Of a stretch of DNA of 8,897 nt, positions 5,393 through 8,897 are shown in pieces. Source of the stretch: a virus (taxonomy: Duplodnaviria > Heunggongvirae > Uroviricota > Caudoviricetes). Within the stretch, counting starts at the first letter, position 1, and each line of letters opens with the position of its first letter. The DNA lies in the IMG/VR virus record IMGVR_UViG_2671180852_000010; one strand, 5' to 3'. The translations under genes were made by a program, and so were the position numbers. Under the pieces are notes generated by a model. It searched no databases, had not been told where the DNA came from, and saw only the letters and a list, made by a program, of their open reading frames with translations.

Positions 5393-5560
5393 ATGACCAC
5401 TATTACCAAAGAACGTATTGAATTGTTCATTAAAAACCCGCTTGAAAACGGGCTTACCCGTGGTGAACAAATGGAACTGGCACGGATTGCGCTGGCATCG
5501 CTGGAAGCAGAGCCGGTTGTGTTCTGGTTTGAAAAATATCAAGAAGGGGCTACGGCATGA
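5393..5560 (+). CDS. Hypothetical 55-aa protein, identical copy of 256-423
   Basis: Identical sequence, with AAGGAG upstream and an ATGA overlap with the next gene. Confidence 0.5.
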   Translation: MTTITKERIELFIKNPLENGLTRGEQMELARIALASLEAEPVVFWFEKYQEGATA

Positions 5561-5901
5561 CGACTTTTACCAGAGAGCAGTTAATAGCTCACGCAGAGGA
5601 GACTATTGAAGCACAGAGACTGTGCATACCGGGCACAATCGACCATGACATCATCCGCACATATAAGATGGATATTGCTGTTCTGGAAATCGCACTGGTA
5701 TCGCTGGCAGCAGAGCCAGCCGGTAAATTGCATGAATACAAACCAGTGGGATATCAGCGTCTGGTCGATGAGTTAACCATGCTGGTAAAGCAGTTAACCT
5801 GGCAACTGAGGAAAGCGAAGCCAGACTGCAAATTACCGGATAAGGCGATGAGTTATCTGGAGCGGAACGGACTGATAAGCGTGGAGGATATTTTACGATG
5901 A
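5557..5901 (+). CDS. Hypothetical 114-aa protein, identical copy of 420-764
   Basis: Identical translation in the ORF track. Confidence 0.6.
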   Translation: MTTFTREQLIAHAEETIEAQRLCIPGTIDHDIIRTYKMDIAVLEIALVSLAAEPAGKLHEYKPVGYQRLVDELTMLVKQLTWQLRKAKPDCKLPDKAMSYLERNGLISVEDILR

Positions 5902-5981
5902 CCTGGCCTGAAGCATTAACAACGGTAGGAATTGCGATGGCGGTGGCGCTGGTGGTGTATTCGATTTGCCGCTGGGGATAA
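5898..5981 (+). CDS. 27-aa hydrophobic mini-protein, identical copy of 761-844
   Basis: Identical sequence, with an ATGA overlap with the upstream gene. Confidence 0.3.
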   Translation: MTWPEALTTVGIAMAVALVVYSICRWG

Positions 5982-6192
5982 AAACGGTTTGCGGGAAAAG
6001 GAGAGTTAAGTAGAATTGCAGCGGGTGCTTGAGGCTATCTGTCTCAGGCATGAACACCAAAAGGCAGATAGAGAAAAGCCCCAGTTAACATTACGCGTCC
6101 GGCAAGACGCTTAACATTAATCTGAGGCTCAATCTATGAACGGCAAATCTAGGTTAGCCTCTTACGTGCCGAAAGGCAAGGAGAAGCAGGCT

Positions 6193-6348
6193 ATGAAGCA
6201 GCAAAAGGCGATGTTAATCGCCCTGATCGTCATCTGTTTAACCGTCATAGTGACGGCACTGGTAACGAGGAAAGACCTCTGCGAGGTACGAATTCGAACC
6301 GGCCAGACGGAGGTCGCTGTCTTCACAGCTTACGAACCTGAGGAGTAA
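6193..6348 (+). CDS. hokD: Hok/Gef-family type I toxin, identical second copy
   Basis: Identical to 1056-1211. Confidence 0.85.
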   Translation: MKQQKAMLIALIVICLTVIVTALVTRKDLCEVRIRTGQTEVAVFTAYEPEE

Positions 6349-6418
6349 GAGACCCGGCGAGGGAGAAATCCCTCGCCACCTCTGATGTGGCAGGCATTCT
6401 CAACGCACCCGCACTTAA

Positions 6419-6443
6419 CCCGCTTCGGCGGGTTTTTGTTTTT
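6419..6443 (+). terminator. Rho-independent terminator-like hairpin downstream of hok copy 2
   Basis: Same CCCGC-TTCG-GCGGG stem-loop followed by a T-run, in sequence that has otherwise started to diverge between modules. Confidence 0.6.
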
Positions 6444-6456
6444 ATTTTCAACGCAT

Positions 6457-6486
6457 TTGAAGTTCTGGACGGTGCCGGAATAGAAT
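6457..6486 (+). promoter_or_regulatory. Candidate sigma70 promoter, module-2 copy
   Basis: TTGAAG, 18-nt spacer, TAGAAT, conserved with 1320-1349. Confidence 0.3.
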
Positions 6487-6564
6487 CAAAAATACTTAAG
6501 TAGCGCGCAGGGATAAGAGGGATGGTCCCTTAAAGGGGAGAGCTAATTATCCGGAAGGATTCTG

Positions 6565-6816
6565 ATGATGAACATCGAAGAACTGCGTAAAATTTTTTGT
6601 GAAGATGGCCTCTATGCTGTGTGCGTTGAAAATGGAAATATTGTTAGTCATTACCGCATTGTGTGTTTGCAAAAAAATGGGGCTGCGTTAATTAATTTTG
6701 TGGATGCCCGAGTGACGGACGGATTTATCTTGCGCGACGGTGAGTTTGTCACTTCATTACAGGTATTGAAAGAGATCGGAATAAAAGCTGGCTTTTCTGC
6801 TTTTTCAGAAGAATAA
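6565..6816 (+). CDS. rem: Rem-like small prophage protein, 83 aa, intact
   Basis: Its length and its position between hokD and ydfU fit E. coli Qin rem. GGAAGG lies upstream of tandem ATG ATG. Assigned by context and recollection, not by search. Confidence 0.55.
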   Translation: MMNIEELRKIFCEDGLYAVCVENGNIVSHYRIVCLQKNGAALINFVDARVTDGFILRDGEFVTSLQVLKEIGIKAGFSAFSEE

Positions 6817-6882
6817 ACTCATCTACAATCTTGCGCGGGGCTGAACTCCCGCTGAGTAACACCGTGCCACCGGAGAAAACCG

Positions 6883-7161
6883 ATGGCACGCAACGCAAAA
6901 TATTACAAACATGATAATTCGACCGTTCTTGCCCACACGCACGAGCGGTATTCTCACGCATTTAAGTCAGACTGGTACCAGCATCCCCCATGCACTGAAG
7001 AACAGGCCGAATGGCTCATTCAGTGTTACCGCAGGCGCGGATGCGAGGTTAAAAAAGCCCTTAGCCTCGACTACCGTCACTGGATAATCTCCGTCAGGCT
7101 TCCTTACTCTGAACGCCCACCGCGTCCGTCCCGCACATTCCAGCAACGCATCTGGAGGTAA
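6883..7161 (+). CDS. Hypothetical 92-aa protein (MARNAKYYKHDNST...), family not recognised
   Basis: GGAG lies upstream of the ATG. The stop TAA 7159-7161 directly abuts the ydfU' GTG start. Most differences from the module-1 homologous segment are synonymous in this frame (aag/aaa, tca/tct, gac/gat, ctt/ctc, tct/tcc, cgc/cgg), which supports it as a real coding frame. Confidence 0.6.
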   Translation: MARNAKYYKHDNSTVLAHTHERYSHAFKSDWYQHPPCTEEQAEWLIQCYRRRGCEVKKALSLDYRHWIISVRLPYSERPPRPSRTFQQRIWR

Positions 7162-7162
7162 C

Positions 7163-8209
7163 GTGCGGGTATTACTTCGACCTGTTCTGGTACCGGAACT
7201 CGGGCTGGTGATCGTTAAGCCGGGCCGTGAATCCATGCCGGTATTCCACAATACCCGGGTACTGGTGGAGCCGGAACCGAAAAGCATGCGTAATCTGCCG
7301 TCCGGGGTCGTTCCTGCCGTTCGCCAGCCGCTGGCGGAGGATAAATCATTACTGCCATTTTTCAGCGACGAACGAGTGATTCGTGCTGCTGGTGGCGCTG
7401 GCGCATTGTCTGACTGGTTACTGCGCCATGTTAAATCCTGCCAGTGGCCACACGGCGATTATCACCACAGTGAAACCGTCATTCACCGTTATGGTACCGG
7501 CGCAATGGTGTTGTGCTGGCACTGCGACAACCAGCTGCGCGACCAGACCTCCGAATCACTCGGGCAACTTGCTCACCAAAACCTGTCTGCATGGATGATT
7601 GACGTCATACGCCATGCAATGAATGGCTCGCAGGAACGGGAATTATCGCTGGCTGAATTATCCTGGTGGGCGGTCCGCAATCAGGTGGCGGACGCGCTAC
7701 CGGAAGCGGTATTATGTCGTTCGCTGGGGTTGCGTGCGGAAAAAATCCGCTCAATGTACCGTGAAAGCGACATCGTACCGGGAGAGCAGACCGCCACCAG
7801 CATACTGAAGCAGCGCACAAAAAATCTTGCGCCGCTGCCTCACGCCCACCAGCAAAACCCGCCACAGGAAGAGACGGTGGTCAGCATTGCCGTTGATCCT
7901 GAGTCTCCGGAATCTTTCATGAAACGACCTAAACGTCGCCGCTGGGTTAACGAGAAATACACACGCTGGGTGAAGACACAGCCGTGTGCGTGTTGTGGTA
8001 AGCCAGCCGACGATCCCCATCACCTGATTGGTCATGGTCAGGGCGGAATGGGGACAAAATCTCACGATATTTTCACGCTACCGCTGTGTCGGGAGCATCA
8101 CAACGAGCTTCATGCGGATCCTCTGGCGTTCGAAGAAAAGCATGGTTCTCAGGTTGATTTAATTTTTCGTTTTCTTGATCACGCCTTTGCAACTGGCGTG
8201 CTTGGGTAA
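7163..8209 (+). CDS. ydfU: YdfU-like DUF968 protein, 348 aa, diverged paralog of 1789-2847
   Basis: GTG start. The N-terminal two-thirds are about 90% identical to module 1. The C-terminal motif is CACCGKPADDPHH...LCREHHNELH, and the extreme C-terminus is divergent. Confidence 0.8.
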   Translation: MRVLLRPVLVPELGLVIVKPGRESMPVFHNTRVLVEPEPKSMRNLPSGVVPAVRQPLAEDKSLLPFFSDERVIRAAGGAGALSDWLLRHVKSCQWPHGDYHHSETVIHRYGTGAMVLCWHCDNQLRDQTSESLGQLAHQNLSAWMIDVIRHAMNGSQERELSLAELSWWAVRNQVADALPEAVLCRSLGLRAEKIRSMYRESDIVPGEQTATSILKQRTKNLAPLPHAHQQNPPQEETVVSIAVDPESPESFMKRPKRRRWVNEKYTRWVKTQPCACCGKPADDPHHLIGHGQGGMGTKSHDIFTLPLCREHHNELHADPLAFEEKHGSQVDLIFRFLDHAFATGVLG

Positions 8210-8221
8210 AAGAGGTGACTG

Positions 8222-8596
8222 ATGCTCATAGATTTGGTTTTACCTTACCCGCCGACGGTGAACACTTACTGGCGACGCCGTGGCAGCACATATTTTATCT
8301 CGGAGGAGGGAAAGCGTTATCGCCGGGCTGTGGCGCTTATTGTTCGCCAGCAGCGGCTGAAATTAAGCCTGTCCGGAAGGCTGGCGATAAAGGTGATTGC
8401 AGAGCCACCGGATAAGCGTCGTCGCGACCTGGACAATATCCTGAAAGCACCGCTGGATGCGCTGACGCATGCGGGAGTGTTAATGGACGATGAGCAGTTT
8501 GATGAAATCAATATCGTTCGTGGTCAGCCAGTATCTGGTGGACGTATGGGGGTGAAGATTTACCCCATAATGCATGAAGAGCAGGTCAAAAAATGA
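8222..8596 (+). CDS. rusA: RusA-family Holliday junction resolvase, 124 aa, paralog of 2848-3228
   Basis: Same conserved core. AAGAGG lies upstream of the ATG. The stop overlaps the Q' start (ATGA). Confidence 0.85.
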   Translation: MLIDLVLPYPPTVNTYWRRRGSTYFISEEGKRYRRAVALIVRQQRLKLSLSGRLAIKVIAEPPDKRRRDLDNILKAPLDALTHAGVLMDDEQFDEINIVRGQPVSGGRMGVKIYPIMHEEQVKK

Positions 8597-8897
8597 AACT
8601 GGAAGATTTACCGAAATACTACTCCCCAAAATCCCCTTGCCTGACCGATGCATCGGCCTCAACGTCAAAAGATGCGCTGAGTATCACTGATGTGATGGCC
8701 GCGCAGGGCATGACACAGAATCGGGCTGAGATGGGGTTTTCTGCGTTCCTGGGGAAAATGGGCATCAGTATGAATGACAGGGCGCGGGCAACAGAATTAC
8801 TGGCAGATTATGCACTCAGTCGGTGCGATCGTGTGGCGGCGTTGAGAAAACTTCCGGCAGAAATAAAACCGGTAGTGATGCGCATTATGGCTTCGTA
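8593..8897 (+). CDS. Q-type antiterminator, 5' portion only (the ORF runs off the window end)
   Basis: ATG 8593; the translation MKLEDLPKYYSPKSPCLTDASASTSKDALSITDVMAAQG... is about 95% identical to Q at 3225. Absent from the ORF track because there is no stop within the window. Confidence 0.75.
   Translation, partial: MKLEDLPKYYSPKSPCLTDASASTSKDALSITDVMAAQGMTQNRAEMGFSAFLGKMGISMNDRARATELLADYALSRCDRVAALRKLPAEIKPVVMRIMAS

Larger units (their letters stand above)
5138..6353 (+). repeat. Direct repeat copy B (apparently identical to 1-1216); period 5137 bp
   Basis: As for copy A. Identity may extend upstream of the window for copy A. Confidence 0.85.

Noticed and set aside
7605-8065. Minus-strand ORFs 7605-7865 and 7751-8065, and plus-strand 7623-7808
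   Set aside because: They overlap ydfU' on the opposite strand or in an alternative frame. They are shadow ORFs.
1-8897. CRISPR arrays, tRNA or rRNA genes
   Set aside because: No regularly spaced short direct repeats and no cloverleaf-like or rRNA-like segments were seen. The only large repeat is the 5137-bp-period module duplication.

Overview
The window reads as a lambdoid (E. coli Qin-like) prophage late-regulatory region present as two tandem paralogous modules, with every credible gene on the + strand. Each module has the order: IS3-family right end and the 3' fragment of an interrupted gene, two paralogous small ORFs (55 aa and 114 aa), a 27-aa hydrophobic mini-ORF, a Hok-family toxin (HokD-like), rem, a 92-aa ORF, YdfU (DUF968), RusA, and a Q-type antiterminator. 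Module 1 ends where its Q gene runs in frame into an internal point of a 5'-truncated IS3-family element (about 4047-5183; IS600-like from memory, unverified) that retains an OrfA remnant, a -1 frameshift site and an intact OrfB. Module 2 (5184-8897) repeats the gene order and is cut by the window end inside its Q gene. The first 1216 bp of each module appear identical (1-1216 = 5138-6353); downstream the modules drop abruptly to roughly 85-90% identity with indels, and rem is deletion-disrupted in module 1 but intact in module 2. No rRNA, tRNA or CRISPR array was seen. The best candidate for something undescribed is the translationally coupled paralog pair plus mini-ORF that sits directly upstream of hok, where relBE sits in K-12 Qin. 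All family assignments come from reading the translations and from memory; no database search was run.
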